Source: Mobula birostris (Eukaryota). From it: DNA of 64,000 nucleotides. The position numbers and the translations under genes were made by a program. Under the pieces are notes generated by a model, which worked only from the letters and a program-made list of their open reading frames with translations, was not told the origin of the DNA and did not search any database. Shown piece by piece: positions 12,550 to 26,025 of this stretch; within the stretch, counting starts at the first letter, position 1; each line of letters begins with the position of its first letter. The stretch is taken from assembly GCF_030028105.1 (NCBI RefSeq), contig NC_092395.1:42870459-42934458 (forward strand), in the 5' to 3' direction.

Positions 12550-15500
12550 TATATTAGTTTTGTAGACTTAGTAATATCTATAAAGTGTACTTGGTAAAAT
12601 GTACTGGGTGTGTTGGCTGATGATTGATGTTTGGGATTGATTCGGGTGGCAACCGACTCCGTGGGAAGCGTTGAAGCAGGTGCTGGGTGGGATTTCCCCG
12701 AGACATATACGAGCCAATATAATTGAGCGTTACAAGTGGGGGCTCGTCCGGGATTTGGATTTTCGGTAAAGCTGTAATAGTTGTCGTGTTAAGTAGTGCG
12801 AAGATGGATCGAGATAAGATTGTAAATTGGTGTGAATTAGAGGACGTACCGGCGAATCATGCGTGCGTGCTAAGTGGGGTCGATTTCCGCATTTTGGGAG
12901 ATGGTAGTGCGAGGGTTGAGTTTGATTAAAGGTATCGGGCAGGTAAAACTTATAGCTGGAGGGTGTGGGAAAGAACTGGAGTCCAGCTGGATGTTGGTGC
13001 GGACGGGTGCCGACGTCATGACGTTGGAGCTACCAGCGACAGTCCACGTCCAGGCGGAGGAGGGGCCGTGGGGTCTCCACACCCTCCTGGAGGACGAAAG
13101 TGAGGAGGTGCCGGAAGAGGAGCTAGATGAGGCCCCCGGGGGGGGGGGGTGCCAGTAGCCAGAGGTGGAGGGTTACAGTGCGAAGGCTTGGCCAGGCCCC
13201 GTCCCCCAGTTAGGGATGAGACCTCCGAGTTAGCGGCTGCCATTACCACCCTGGTGAGAAAGGTTGAGGGGCCCCGCCCAAAGCTGAGAATTTTCTCAGG
13301 AGCCAGGCCCACCCCGGAAGGGGAGGTTGACTATGAGGCATGGATTGAGAATACGTCCCAGTTGTTAGAGGCGTGGTCAGGTTCAGATGAGAAAAAGAGA
13401 CAGCGATTGGTGGAAAGCTTAAGGGGCGGGGCGGCCCGTGTGGTCCGCGAGTTGAGAGCGGAACGCCCTTCGGCTTCCCTGTCGGAGTGTTTGGACGCTT
13501 TGGAGGAAGTGTTTGGACTGTCAGGAGATCCCTGGCAACATTTAGTGGAGTTTCAAGAGATGGGGCAGAGGAGAGGGGAAAAACTCTCAGAATGCATTTT
13601 CCGGCTGGATGGGAAGCTTACGGGGCTGCGGCGCCGAGGGGTAGTGAGGGCGGACGAAGTGGCGAAGTTGAGGATGAGCCAGATATGTTGAGGTTCCCAG
13701 GAGGATGACAGGGTGGCTTGGAGTATCCGGCAGTCCTATAAGAGGAGCCCCCCCCCCCCCCCGCGTCATTCGGGCAGCTGATTAGAGAGGTGCGGGAGAA
13801 GGAGAGTGCTTCGGGCAGAACAGGGGGCTCGGACCCCCGGGGACGGTCTTCAGCGGTTCAGGAGGTGGTAGCTGGGTTGAGATCAGAGAAATCCAAGGGG
13901 TCCCGGGGGGGGGGAAGGGACCCCCCCGCTTGATGAGATGGACAGGGGGTGTACCAGGAGCAGAGAGGCGGCGGGTAGCGGGTGCTATAACTGTGGGAGG
14001 GAGGCGCATTTCCGGCGGGATTGTGAGTGGCCGGAGGTGTTCTACAGCCGTGGGGAAGCGGGTCACTTGCGGAGGGATTGTGAGAGACGAGATGCGCCGA
14101 GGGGGGAGGGCCCCCGGGCCACTAAGAAGGGAGAGGTGTTGGGAAACTTAGGAGAGGCTCAGTGAGGGAACGGACTGGAGGCTCGGGAGGAACACGTTCC
14201 CAGAAAGCAGCCATGGAACCCCAGAAAGTACAAGCCCAAATTCCGGATGGACTGGTGGGATCCCGTTCCAGCGTGTCCCTACGGATAGAGGGAATCTTTG
14301 CAAAAGCCATCCTTGACACCGGATCGCAGGTTACCTTACTGTACCGGTGGTTCTACAAGAAATTTCTGAAGCATTTGCCAGTAACCCCGTTTAATGCACT
14401 GGAGATTTGGGGCATAAGCGACGGTGATTACCTGTACGATGGGTACCTGTCAGTGAGATTGGAATTCTCGGAGGGCGATGTGGGAGTGTTGGAAGCCCTT
14501 GAGACGTTGGTGTTGGTCTGTCCGGACCCGGTGGAAATCGGTGGTGCTGCCCTGCTAGTGGGGACTAACTCCCCTGTGTTGCGACGGCTCTTGGGGGCCT
14601 GTAAGAAGAAGGCGGGGGAGAACTTTCTGGAGACCCTCTCGGTACACCCAGTGTTTCGAGCGGTGTACGAAGGAGTGGGTGACCCCCAGGGGCTGGATCC
14701 TGAGTGCAAACGAGGGACGGTGTGGTGCACTCAGGCGAGGTCTAAGGTGATACGGCCAGGGGAGGCGGCATTAGTGGTGGGGACCCCCCAGATTCCCCGG
14801 AGTACCGGCGGGCGAGGCCATGCTAGTAGACGCCCCACGACCTGGAAGGGGAGTCCCGGTTCCCGGCTGGGGCGCTGGTGAGACCTGAATTGCAGAGGCC
14901 CTCAGCTGTACAGGCACATCGGATGGGGGTGATGGTGAGGAACATAACGGAGAGGGAGATCACCTTTAAGCGCGGGATGCCCCTCGCGCACCTGTTACCG
15001 GTGACGGTGATGTCCAGCGTCCCCGTGAAGCCAGCTGGAGGAGAACTATGGGAGAACGGGGGCGGCTGACCGAGGAGGCCTTTAATTTTGAAGACTCCCC
15101 TGTACCGCCGGCGTATAAGAGCAGGCTGGTGGAGAAGATGCTGAAGTTAGGGGGTGTCTTTTCTCAGGGCGAGTTTGATGTGGGATGTTCCAAGAGCACT
15201 CGGCACACTATCCGGGTGACAAGTGACACCCCGTTTAGGGAGAGGTCGCGGCGGTTGGCCCCAGCAGATGTGGAGGATGTGCGGCAGCACTTGCGGCTGT
15301 TGAAAGACGCAGGGATTATTGCGGAATCCCGAAGCCCCGATGCGTTCCCCCATAGTAGTGGCAAGGAAGAAAAATGGGAAGGTACGCATGTGCGTGGACT
15401 ATAGGACCCTGAACCGGCGCACGGTTCCCGACCAGTATACGGTCCCCAGGGTGGAAGACGCACTGGCCTGTTTGAGTGGTGCACGGTGGTTTAGTGTATT

Positions 15501-18500
15501 GGATTTGCCGAGTGGGTATTACCAGATTCCGATGAGCGAGACTGATAAGGAGAAGACAGCCTTTATCTGCCCCCTGGGGTTTTTCCAGTTCGAACGAATG
15601 CCCCAAGGCATCTCGGGGGCCCCAGCCACCTTCCAGCGGCTCATGTAGCGGACAGTGAGGAACATCAACCTGCTGGAGGTATTGGTGTACCTGGACGACC
15701 TGCTAGTGTTTGGATCTACGTTGGAGGAACATGAGGAGCGGCTGCTGAAGGTGCTGAGTCGGCTGAAGGAGGAAGGGTTAAAACTTTCCCTGGATAAATG
15801 TCAGTTCTGTAAGACGTCGGTCAGTTATGTCGGGCACATAATCTCGCGAAATGGAGTGGCCCTGATCCGGGTAAAATACCTGCAGTAACCACCTGACCGA
15901 GACCTCAGAAGGTGAGCGCCTTACGCTCGTTTTTGGGGTTTTGTGGATATTACCAGCGATTCGTGAAAGGATATGCGAAAATGAGTCACCCATTGAACCA
16001 GCTGTTGTGTGGTTATCCACCTGTGGGGAGGAAAAGGAAGGGAGAGCGAGGGCCGGAGGTAGGAGGATATTTGAACCCGGGAGAGCCTTTTGGATCGAGG
16101 CGGGATGCTCAATGTGAGGAGGCGTTCCAATCTCTAAAAAGGGCGCTGACACATGCCCCAGTGTTGGCTTTTGCTGATCCCCGGAAGCCGTATGTTCTAC
16201 ACACTGATGCCAGTCACGAAGGTCTGGGGGGTGTTCTGTACCAGGAACAGGGCAACGGATTGAGGCCGGTGGCGTTTGTCAGCCGGAGCTTGTCGCCATC
16301 TGAGAGAAACTGTCCCACTCACAAGCTGGAGTTCTTGGCGTTGAAATGGGCGGTGGTGGACAAGTTGAGTGACTACCTGTACGGGGACCAGTTTGAGGTG
16401 AGAACTGACAACAACCCCCTCACTTATATCCTGACCTCGGCAAAGCTGGACGCCTCTGGGCACCGGTGGTTAGCGGCCTTGTCTGCCTGTGAGTTCAGCC
16501 TGAAGTACCGGCCGGGGAGTCGGAACATCGATGCAGATGCTTTATCTCGTCCGGCGCACGACGAGTCGGGCACGGCTAAGGAGTGGAAGAGTGTTCCTGT
16601 CCGGGAGTGAAGGCCATGTGTCAAGTTGGGAGCGACGGGGAAGTAGGAGCCCCGATGGGAACGGAACGGGCAGTAGATCAATTGGGGGTTGACGATGACG
16701 CGCAACCCACTGTTCACTGTAATTTGACTGCTCTGAGGAACAGGCAGCTACCGGAGTTGAGCCCCCAGGAAGTGGGGGCGGCTCAGCGTGATGACCCGAG
16801 CATTGGAACTATCTGGTACGCGGTTAGACAAGGTGATATGGGCCAGGTGGAGAAGGCGAAACATGCCTCCATTCCCCTACTACTGAAGGAGTGGCCTCAG
16901 TTGAAGTTGAAGAACCACGTCTTGTACCGGGTCACGTCGCGCCCGGACCACCCCCTCCGCTGGCAGCTGGTCATGCCTGAGAAGTATCGGAAGACTGTGC
17001 TCCAGGCACTACATGATGATTCCCCTGGGAAGACAACATCGATGAAGCCCATGAGCGCAAGTTAACCAAGTATGCAGAATTAAGATCAGAGTGCAGAGAC
17101 AGAGGGTGGAAGGTCTCATGCTATCCATTGGAAGTAGGCTGCCGTGGGTTTATTGCGTTCACTTTCCAGAAGAGGCTGCGTGACCTTGGCTTCACTAGTA
17201 GAGAGATCAAGTCAAACAGCAGGGCTGTAGCTGAGGCAGCAGAGAAGGGATCAGCATGGGTGTGGACCAAGTATGTCCAGAGGGGCAGATTCCAGGCACT
17301 TAGGGGTAGAGAAGACCTATACATTACTCAAGGACCGGGTTTACTGGCCCCGGATGAGGGGGGAGGTGGAAGAATACTGTAAGACCTGTAGTCGTTGCAT
17401 CAGGAGGAAGACCTTGACTGCGCAGGCGGCTCCTTTGCCCCATTTGCAGAGTGCGGGACCCATGGACCTGGTGTGCATGGATTTCCTGTCTATTGAACCA
17501 GACACCAGCAACACCGCCAATGTCTTGGTCATCACGGATTACTACACTAGATATGCGCAGGCTTTTCCTACTAAGGACCAGAAAGCGACTACAGTGGTGA
17601 AGGTGTTATGGGAGAAGTACTTTGTTCACTATGGCCTTCCTGGGCGGATCCATAGTGATCAGCGACGGGACTTCGGGAGCAGGCTTATCCATGAATTACT
17701 GGGTATGCTTGGGGTTGAGAAATCCAGAACCACCCCCTATCACCCGCAGGCCCGAGAGGTTTAACCGGACCCTGCCGGATATGCTCGGCACTTTGGAGAT
17801 CGGACAGAAGAGTAAGTGGAGTCAGCACATCGGCCATTTGGTTCACTGTTACAATTGTACTCGCAATGACGCTACGGGGTACTCGCCCTATTATCTGATG
17901 TTCGGACGGGAAGCGAGGTTGCCCATTGATCTGTGTTTTGGGACTGAAGTGGGTGAAATACCTTCGAAGCCATATCTGAAGTACGTGTTCGATATGAGGA
18001 GAGAGTTGAAAAGGGCGTACGAGTTGGCTGAGGCGGCAGCCACCAAGCAGAATCAGCGGAATAAGAAGAGGTATGATCAGAAAGTAAAGCTCGTCCAGCT
18101 ATCGCCGGGAGACCGCGTCCTTATCCGGAATTTAGGACTACCTGGTAAGCACAAGTTGGCGAATCGTTGGGCAGCCACCCCCTATGTGGTGGAGAGTCAG
18201 ATGCCGAATCTCCCTGTTTACCGGGTGAGACCCGAGGATGGGAAGGGGTCTGTCAAGGTACTCCATCGGAACCACCTATTGCCTCTGGGCCGAGAAGTGA
18301 AGGTAGACCCAGAGCCCGAATGGGAGTTTACAGCTAGTACGAGGACTCTGCGAGGGCGCGGGACGAGGGACGAGCCCGCTGCGAAGGAGACGGGGCCAGT
18401 CCCCACCTCGAAAAGGGATACGTCATCGGAAGACGATGATTCAGACGTGTGGTACCTGTTTCCGTTCGCTGATTCCCCGGTGCCGGGAGAAGAGCCTCCT

Positions 18501-19100
18501 GGCCCTTCCTTCACTGAGTTAGGGGAGCCGAGGGAGGGTGTTGCAAAGCCGCCTGTATTACAGCCGGGATTGGGGGAGGAGAGGGTGGAGCCAGAACCTG
18601 AGGCAGAGGGCTCACAGGTGCCGAGGGGTCCCCGTGAGGGTGAGGGTCCGACAGGTAGGCCCGGTGTGTCTGAACAGGAAGAGTCAGCAGAGGAAGTACA
18701 GAGGTCTCAGAGGAGTAGGCACCCCCCAGAGAGGTTGACTTATACAGCGCCGGGAGAACAGGGTGTGATCTCTACAGCCCTGGGAAATTATGTCACTGCT
18801 TTATGCACCTGGGTTGGGTTTTGTGTTTTACAAGGAGCAGTGGTGAACTCTGTTAACGTCATGAGGGCATGACTTTTATTTGGTGGGGGGAGAGTGTACG
18901 GGGTCTTTTTTTATATGTTAAATTTAAAATGGCTTCTTTGTTATGTTATACTGGGGAACGCTTCTTTGTTATGTTAAATGCTGAGAAAGTCTCTAGCTAG
19001 ACATTTGCTTGTGTTAGTACAGATAGCAGGGTGCTATTAGCCAATGGGTGTTCACGTATCGTTTTGTTTTCGGATGATAATGCTGTATCTCTATTTCTGT
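12550..19100 (+). mobile_element. Gypsy LTR retrotransposon with PNMA-like Gag (copy 1; degenerate, both LTRs partial)
   Basis: 5' LTR ends TTACA at 12734; PBS 12737-12754; gag from ATG 12804 (LRIFSG..PEGEVDYEAW, CCHC knuckles); PR LDTGSQVT, RT YLDD, RH, IN HHCC/DDE in order; PPT then 3' LTR TGTACG at 18895. Confidence 0.95.
12737..12754 (+). other. Primer-binding site complementary to tRNA-Pro 3' end
   Basis: TGGGGGCTCGTCCGGGAT immediately after the LTR terminal CA. Confidence 0.9.
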
Positions 19101-22086
19101 TCTACTTTAGACACTATGGATTCACAAATTTATGACCTGGGTTTGCATTATCCAGTGAGTGATCATTAATGAATGTCAATGATGCAGTGTGCTGGAGCTT
19201 CATTTAGGAGAATTGCCCCACTGGAGTTAATTATTTCATGAGGTTCCACCAGTCGCTGACATCCTGAATGTTCTTGTAGCCCAAGACAGCTTTGCTAATT
19301 TAATCCTTTAAGTAAACTTTCCTCCATAAGAAAGAAATCAAGGGGCTAAAACCAAACTGTGGACTCCATCAAAACCAAATGCAGGAACTGGCCTTTAGAA
19401 TATTCCTCTGTGTAAATCAGAGAGAGCTGTTGTCAGTCTAAACATATACCAAGTTCATAAGGAACATTTGGGATATCAAAGTATAGGAATTATATAAAAG
19501 AAGATACAGAGACAAGGGAATGAAGAAAAAGACAGGATTTGTGTGGGAATTATAAAGATTTGGATGTATTGAAGATAAGGCAGTTGGTGGCATGGAAAAT
19601 ATAGCAAAGAGTTACAAAATGGAAAGTTAAAGGAGGAGACTGTGATAGAGATAGAGATACATGATGTAAAGAATGAGAATTTAAAATTAGAGATGGGACC
19701 AAATTAGGCCTAGTATAGAGGGACAATCTTTTCCTTTTCAAATCTTTTTATTATTATTATCCAAAATTAACAAGAGTACATTGAAGTAGGCAACACTTAC
19801 AATGTCTGAAGAAACAAAACGTTGTTTTAAAGACTGAAAAAATTTTGGTGACAAAAAAGAGAAAAAAAAACCCTACTAAAGCAAAGAAAATGAAAAAAAA
19901 AAACACCAATTAGGTGTTCAACCCCAGAGCCATGCATCATACAAAAAGCTTCTAAAGATAAACATCAGATCGTCAGCAAGAAAAAAAAGTACCAAAAATT
20001 TACATTTAGATCATGGAGGAAATCTATCAATTAACTCAAATGATAGTAACAAGCAAATGAACACCATCTTTTCTCAAAATCAAACATAGGTTCAAAGGTT
20101 TGACTTCTAATTTTCTCCAAACTAAGACATAAGCATCACTTGAGAGAACCGTTGTGACAAAATGGGAGCCAACGTATCCTTCCACTTCAACAAAATGGCC
20201 CTCCTAGCTATCAATGTAACAAATGCAATAACATGTTGGTCAGACATAGAAATACCATGGATATTTTGAGGAATTATTCCAAAAAGCACAGTTAATTTGT
20301 TAGGTTGTAAATTAATTAGAAAAAACTGACTTCCAGAACTGTTCCGGTATATAACAGGACCAAAACATAAGTGTCAGCGTAGCTGTCTCAGTTTCACATC
20401 TATCGCAATAACTATCAACATTAGGAAACATTTTAGACAATCTCTCCTTCGTCAAATAGTAATGATGTACAATTTTAAATTGAATCAGTGAATGACTAGC
20501 ACAGATCGAAGAAGAGTTAACCAACTTCAGAATCCGCGTCCAGTCCTCTGTCATAAAAGTCAAATTAAGTTCCTTTTCCCAATCTTGTTTAATCTTAAAT
20601 AAAGGCTGCTTATCCTATTGTAATAGTAAATTATAAGTTCTTCCAGTGGAACCCTTCATCAAAGGGTTCATACTCGTAATAGTATCTAACAGGTCAGCAT
20701 CCAATATGTAAGGAAAATTACTGAAATATTTTTGCAAGAAATGTATAACTTGAAGGTACTGTAAAAAGTGTGAGTATGAAAGAGAATATTTATCACTCAA
20801 TTGTTCAAAAGATATCAGTCTATCTTCTTTCAATAAATCCAAAAAAAGAATTAATATCTTTATTTTTCCGAAGTAAAAAAATTGGATCACTCAAAGAAGG
20901 CTTAAAAAAGTGATTTTGATAAATTAAACAACAGTTTAAATTTTTTAATATTAAAAAAATTACGGTACTGGAGCCAGGTTTGTAAAGAATGCTTAATCAC
21001 AGGGTATAAATTTAAATTAGCAACTTTAGCTAATTATATAGATAAAGCAGCTCCCAATAACGGGGATAAATAAAACTGTTTCACAGTTTTCAATTCCAAG
21101 TCTACCCAAATTGACCGATCGTTCTTATCAACCCAGTGTAACCAAAAGGACATAAATCGCCCATTAACAGCCCAGTAATACATTCTTAAATTAGGCAAAA
21201 TGAGACCTCCAACCTTTTTCAACTTTTGTAAGTGACATTTACTAATTCTTGGTCTTTTATTATTCCAAATAAAAGATAAAATAGTAGAATCAATCCAATC
21301 AAAAAACTTCTTAGTTGGAAAAACAGGGATATTCTGAAATAAATATAAATATAAATATAAAATCATTATTTTGACTATATGGATGCCACCAGCAAGTGAA
21401 AATGTAAGTGGGTTCCATCTACTAAATAAATACTTCATAGAATCTACCAAAGGAACAAAACTAGCTTTATAAAGATCCTTTTTTTTTTAGTGATTATAAC
21501 ACCAAAATATCTAAAGGAATCCGTGACTTTGAAAGGAGTATTATCATATATAGAAACAGATTCATTTAAAGGAAACAGTTCACTTTAACTAAAATTTATT
21601 TTATATCCTGAAAAATCTCCAAATTCATGAAATAATTTTAGCAAGGCAGGAATAGATTCCTCAGGATTGGATATATAAACCAGTAAATCATCACCGTAAA
21701 TTTTTTGAATGGTCTCATTCACAAAAATCCCATAAATATCTTTAGCTTCACAAAGAGCGATAGCAAGGGGTTCTAGTATTAAAGTAAATAATGAAGGACT
21801 TAAAAGACAACCTTCTCTTGTCGCCCATGAAAGCTGAAAAAAGGGGATCTACAGTTATTAGTAATAACAGTAACAATAGGAGTTTTATATATCATTCTAA
21901 TCCAATTATTAACATTAACACCAAAGCCAAATTTCTCTAAAACATTAAATAAATATTTCCATTCAACTCAATCGAACGCTTTTTCGGCATCCAAAGAGGC
22001 AACATATTGTGGAGTTTTAAAAGAGCACGAATGTATAATGTTAAATAATCTCCGAACATTTGAAAAAGAGTAACAACCCTTTATAA

Positions 22087-22342
22087 CTGCAAACACGAGG
22101 AAATCTGCAGATGATGGAATTTCAAGCAACACACACAAAAATTGCTGGTGAACGCAGCAGGCCAGGCAGCATCTATAGGAAGAGGTATAGTCGACGTTTC
22201 GGGTCGAGACCCTTCGTCAGGACTAACTGAAAGATTCTTTCAGTTAATCCTGACGAAGGGTCTCGGCCCAAAGCTTCGACTGTACCTCTTCTTATAGATG
22301 CTGCCTGGCCTGCTGCGTTCACCAGCAATTTTTGTGCGTGTT
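22087..22342. mobile_element. Non-autonomous palindromic Penelope-derived element
   Basis: Two inverted copies of the terminal repeat form a ~225-bp hairpin; 14-bp flanking duplication ACAACCCTTTATAA (22073-22086) / ACGACCCTTTATAA (22343-22356) inside L1 ORF2 (GFIKGRYSF). Confidence 0.85.
22188..22225 (-). ncRNA. Minimal type I hammerhead ribozyme motif
   Basis: Minus strand reads UAGUC-CUGACGA-A-GGGU-CUCG-ACCC-GAAAC-GUC-GACUA: stem I UAGUC/GACUA, stem II GGGU/ACCC, conserved core and a palindromic ACGU stem III. Confidence 0.7.
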
Positions 22343-24599
22343 ACGACCCTTTATAAAGCCTCTTTGATCTTTAAAAATAATTTTACCCAAAATATTCTCC
22401 AACCGATTGGCCATTATCTTTGATAGAATCTTAGCATCGAGATTCAATAATGAAATAGGTCTATATGAGGCTCAATCAGTAGGATCTTTATCCTTTTTAA
22501 GTATTAAAGAAATGGAAGTCTCATAAAAATGAGAGGGTAAATCACCTTTCACAAAAGAATCCTTAAGCACTTCCAACAAATACGGAGAAAGCAATTTTTC
22601 AAATTTTTTATAAAATTCTACAGGATGGCCATCAAGTCCAGGGGCCTTACCAGACTGCATTGAAAAAATAGCTTTATGAATTTCAGCTTCAGTAGCTTGG
22701 GCATCAAGAGTTTTTTGATCCTCAACAGAAATTTAAGGAAAAGCAATCTTTCATAAGAAAGCATTCATTTTAGAAGAATCTGGACATTGAGATTTATAAA
22801 GCTCAGTATAAAAATCTTGAAAAATCTTATTAATTTCTTCATATTCCCAAGCCAGGGTACCATTTTTCCTATGGATTTTCAAAATTTGCCTTTTGGCTCT
22901 AGCCGTCTTTAATTGAGATGCAAGCAGTTTGTTATTTTATCTCCAGACATATAAAATTGTCTCTATAGCTTAAGCAAGTAGCCTTCAATAGGATGAGTTA
23001 ATAATAGATTATATTGTGATTGAAGTTCGACCCTTTGTTTGAATAAATCAATATTAGGGGAGATTACATAAATATTATCTAAGTCTTTAATTTGTTTTGA
23101 AATCTTATCTAATTCTACCTCAGTTTTTTTTTTAAGCTTAGCTGAATAAGAAATGACCTGACCACGTAAAAATGATTTAAAAGTATCCCATATGATTAAT
23201 TTAGACGTACCCCCTATATCATTAAAAAGAAAACAATCTTTTATCTGGGTTTCAATGAAGCTGACAAAGTCAGAGTTCTGCAATAATGTCTGAGACATGC
23301 GCCATGGTGGGCGGGCAAGAATGACGTCATTAAATTTGAAAGATAAACTCAGAGGCGCATGATCAGATATAGCAATAACGTAATATTCACAATTCTTAAC
23401 ACTAGGCAAGAAGCGAGGATCGAATATTTTTTATAAACATGTGAAAAAAAAGAATATTCTCTGTCATCAGGGTATAAATATCTCCATAGTTCAATCAATC
23501 CAAAATCTGTCAAAAAGGAGTTAATAAGTGATACGGAGTGATTTGGAAGTCATTGATTGGTTGAGCTCTTGTCAATCAAATGATGTAAACAACAGTTAAA
23601 ACTGCCACCCATTATCAACATATATTCATTTAAATCAGGCAGTATAGCAAATACCTTTTTTAAAAAAGAAGGATCATCTAAGTTAGGACCGTACAAATTG
23701 CCAAAACAACTTTTCTGTTATAGATTACTCCTTTAACAATTGAAAATCTACCATTAAAATCTGACTTAATATCCTCTTGAGTAAATATATTGAATTTAAT
23801 AAAGATGGACACTCCCTTAGTTTACTCTGAGAAGTGGCATGAAATTGCAAACCTCTCCACCATTCAAAAAATCTATTTTGATCTCCTGCCCTGATATGTG
23901 TCTCGGGCAAAAATTATATCAGGTTGGAATCGGTAAATGATTTTTAAAGTCTTTTTTCATTGATGGCATGATTCCAACCACATACATTCCAACTTATTAC
24001 ATTAATCCGTTTAAATACCATACTATAATTTTATTCTACTTTACACATGCGCAGAACACATACCAATACGGGATGATGAAAAATGGTGGTGATGAAGAAT
24101 ACAACCAGATAGAAAACACACATGCTCCCGAACCACCCAATGGGAAAAAAACCCTAACTCTAACCTCACCCCCTCCCCCTATAGCCCGAAAAAAAGCAGG
24201 CACCCTATGATAGAATACGAAGTCAGAGACTGTTCTGTCTGTACAAAAATAATTTAAAAAGATTCTCTCTCCCTCCCCCTATTTAAAATAAATGAAACCC
24301 ACTGACCTTGTGAGAGGAACAACAAAGTCTCAACAAAGGAAACTGTTTACATTCCAGCATCTACAAACTAATCCATGTTAATATTTAATCTTTTTTAAAC
24401 AAGAAAGAACCAAAAAAAGTTATCTCTTAAAAAGAAAAACCACGCTACCTTAAATTTAACATTAAATCCCTAAAAAAAAGCTTTAAATTTGTTTAGAAGA
24501 CGCTATAATAAAGCAAAAACAGGTTAATAGCATATTTAACCCAACTAAATTTTCAAAAATACCAACTAGTAATATTACATAAGTAATCGAACACTCCCC

Positions 24600-24880
24600 G
24601 AAATGAGTGGTGGCATCCGTTAGTCTCGCCAGACCATGGATCTGCGCCTGGAAGGTCTTGCTTCAGTCTGTGTTAGAGCAGCGTCTGTTGTGGCTGTAGG
24701 GGCCCACACGGGAATGACAGTCTCGGCTGCAGCGACTGCACTTGAAGGCGCTGTCCTCCAGTGTTGTCTTGGTGCTGTTTTTCCGACAAGTGTGCTTTTC
24801 TTCAGCAGCAAGCCTCAGCTTCTCTTCTCCTCTTTTTAGACCTCTGCGTAGTCCCAGCCTCCAGTGAGAGCGATTGCTTA
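24600..24880 (-). mobile_element. RTE-clade LINE 3' end
   Basis: WRLGLRRGL..GEEKLR..AEEK...FKCSRCSRDCHSRVGPYSHNRRCS is the characteristic RTE C-terminus. Confidence 0.85.
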
Positions 24881-26025
24881 ATATATATATATATAAAATA
24901 GCCCCATTAGTAGGAAAAACTACCAATTAATTAAGAAAGAAACAAAAAAACATCAAGTCAGATATTAGGTTAAAGGAACAAGTTCCTTTATCTTCTTTTT
25001 CTCAGTCGAGTGTCCAAATAACCATTTAAACAGTCATACTTGAACTATAAATCTTCTTTCCAAAGAAACCAATGATATGCAATAACGAACAAATCCGCTT
25101 ATCTTCTTTTAATAGTCTCTCAATGAAATATCCAAGTAACCTTCATAAATCTTCTTTCGGAAATGCCAATAATATACAGATAACCAAGCAGTCTTCCAGA
25201 CAGTTCATTCGGCAGCTGCAGCAGGTATAGTTTGAACAAACAACAGTGCAACTTTAGGATCAAAAAATGTACGAGGAGGAGAATTAGGAGGAAAAACTTT
25301 AATTCTTGTTGGGTAACGCAAGGAAGGGAACAGTTTCTTATCATATGCCTGTTTCATTACCAGAGCAAATTTTGATCTTTGTTCCATTACCTCCTTTGGA
25401 TAATCCTCATAAAGATGGAGATCAGATTCCTTAAATCTAAAAACTCTGTTTTCTTGCCTGTCATATCATTTGATCTTTAATTTTAAAGTGATGAAAACAA
25501 ATCAGAACAGACCTTGGTTTATTTGGAACTTTAGATTTCGAAGTAAAAGCTCTGTGTGCTTTTTCTATAGTAGGCGGCTGTGATAATATGGTAGGAAATA
25601 AGGTATGAAAAAGCTTACCAAAGAAAGCAATTAAATCTCCGTCTTCAGCTCCTTCTTTCAGCCCAACAATTCATATATTCCTTCGGCAAGACCTAGTTTC
25701 CAGGTCTATAATCTTATTTTGATATCTTTCCAAACGAGTTGTAGTTTCAAACAATTTTTGCTTAGTTATCTTCAATTCCTCTTCGTGTGTAATAACTTAA
25801 GTTTCCAGGTCTTTAAGTTTTCCCAGAAATGACTTCACTTCATTACTATTCTTTTCCAGTTGGTCTTTAATTGACCCATTCTGATCTTTAATTGAATTCA
25901 GTGTCCGAGCGATATCTTCAGCCCACGATGGCATTCCATCAGGTCTTTCCTTTTGCACCTTTCCTTTCCCATTGCTTTTATCACCAGGTTCAGACAAGTT
26001 CTTCCCTCTCCTTGTAGACATAGAT

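Noticed and set aside
22246-22285. Second hammerhead on the plus arm of the palindrome
   Set aside because: Core is mutated (GAAACGUC to AAAGCUUC) and stem I is weakened.
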